A DNA stretch of 64,000 bases. It comes from Podarcis gaigeae (taxonomy: Eukaryota). Below, piece after piece: positions 62,512 to 64,000 of the stretch. A program made the position numbers and the translations under genes. A model generated the notes under the pieces. That model was not told the origin of the DNA. It was given only the letters and a program-made list of their open reading frames with translations, and made no database searches. Where the stretch lies: the NCBI GenBank assembly GCA_964106915.2, contig OZ066916.1, one strand, 5' to 3'. Position 1 is the first letter of the stretch. Each line of letters begins with the position of its first letter.

Positions 62512-63106
62512 GGAAGGAAGACAGTTTCCAGCTATTCCTCTTCCCTCTGGAGCCTGCCACGTCCTCCCAAATCTGCTCCAAGGGGTCCTTCAACCCTCCA
62601 GAGCAGATTTTGGGGAGATGAGGTGCTATGGAGGGTGGGGAGTGCTGAAAATTGCCTTGCTTGGTATTCGGCTGACTGATACTTTCGTCAGCACAGTGGT
62701 GCCACTTGAATCCCCCCGTTATTTCCTTTTTAACTCTGATTTGTGGGAGAATATTTAGTTATTGAATTAATACATCTACTTGAAAAAACCTATTTGACTC
62801 TACCCAAGAGCAAGTCCTGCAATATGATGATTCACAGAAGGGCCATTTCCACAGTAGGCCTTTGGCTCTGGAACAAGCTTCCCTCAAAGGCGTATCTGTC
62901 TCTCACATTATCGAGTTCTTTCAGGCACCAACTCAAAACATTTTATCTATCCAGGCTTTTGCAGTTCAATAAATAGACGATGAACTCCTAATTAGCACTG
63001 TTTGTACTCCTTTTTAATACTTTGGTACTAAATTTTTAGTGCCTATGTGTTTTTAGCTCTGTTTTTAAATGTTTGGTGTACAAACATAGCTATGCCTCAG
63101 TGGCAT

Positions 63107-63232
63107 AGCTATTAACATGAGTTTGACCAAACTGCGGGACGCAGTTGAAGACAAGAGTGCCTGGTGTGCTCTGGTCCATGGGGTCACGAAGAGTCGGACA
63201 TGACTAAACGACTAAACAACAACAACAACAAC
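63107..63232 (+). mobile_element. Bov-B 3' terminal fragment
   Basis: aacatgagtttgaccaaact...ggtccatggggtcacgaagagtcggacatgactaaacgactaa + (CAA)n. Confidence 0.92.
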
Positions 63233-63592
63233 ACACACATACATACATAATTTTATTTGAATGCTGCCTTTCCACAGTTCAAACCATGCTCAAGGCAGCT
63301 TACAACATGTAAAAAACACATAACATAACAAAAGTAGTCATAAACAAGAAACAAAACATGAAAAAATATAAAACCAAACCAAACTAAACAATTTCTACAT
63401 AAATTGCAAAAAAATCTAAAATAAAGATGCAAAAAACAAAAACAAAAATCCCAAACAACATTCCAGTCCAAAAGTCTGTTCAGCATCCTCAGCTTTCGTA
63501 GCTGGAGTCAGTCAGTGCTCCATCCTCCTACCCAAGTGGAAAGATGCCTGCAAGGCAGGGAGCAGGTCTTTCAGGCCAAGGTGGTAATCAAA

Positions 63593-63742
63593 CTACCTTA
63601 TACTGAGCCCAGATCATTGGTCCATTTAGCTAAGTGTTGTTGACTCTGACTAGCAACTACTCTCCACAGTCTGAAGCAGGTGCTTTTCCCATCCTGACCT
63701 AGAGATTACATGATTGAACATGGGACCTTCTGCATGCAAATA
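63593..63742 (-). mobile_element. Squam3-like SINE
   Basis: ccttatactgag..cagatcattggtccatttagct...gattgaacatgggaccttctgcatgcaaa. Confidence 0.75.
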
Positions 63743-64000
63743 AGCCCAAAGTTGATAATAAGCGAAATCATGGCTCAGGTGGGATTAGAACCATGGCCTT
63801 TCCTGTTCACAGCCACTGCATCATCTGGCTGCGTGAAACTAACTCTCCTATTTGCTCCACACCAATCGCCTGCCCAATCAGAGAACTCTCCTATTGCTTC
63901 TGAAATGTGCTCCGGCTAGGGATCTGGTGATCTTCCAGGGGAAGTGAGGTTTCACAGAATGGAAGCTGCTACAAAGACCACTTCTGTTAAGAGCAGCTGT

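Overview
Non-coding vertebrate genomic DNA, almost certainly from a squamate reptile and probably a lacertid lizard. This is inferred from the repeat set: Sauria SINEs with (ACCTTT)n tails, Bov-B, a tRNA-Lys/CR1 SINE, Squam3-like SINEs, CR1, L2, RTE, L1, Penelope and many hAT and Tc1/mariner-type MITEs. I recognise no host protein-coding exon, functional RNA gene or CRISPR array. Every ORF I can assign is a retroelement remnant. The window alternates TE-dense, heavily nested blocks (about 15-42 kb and 49.6-64 kb) with TE-poor blocks rich in homeodomain/Sox/Oct-like motifs (about 0.75-8.8 kb, 11.9-14.3 kb and 42.1-49.6 kb). The TE-poor blocks may be intronic or gene-desert regulatory DNA. There are five assembly gaps. 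The two most notable observations are (1) a 552-bp hAT-type element with TIRs and a perfect 8-bp TSD, inserted in a Sauria SINE and carrying a CpG-island-like core with an ETS + CArG + GC-box cluster, possibly a captured promoter (Pack-type element), and (2) a TSD-flanked L1 with both ends intact that lacks the endonuclease, most of the RT and the CCHC knuckle. Family names come from recalled consensus features, not database searches. Boundaries of degenerate copies are approximate.
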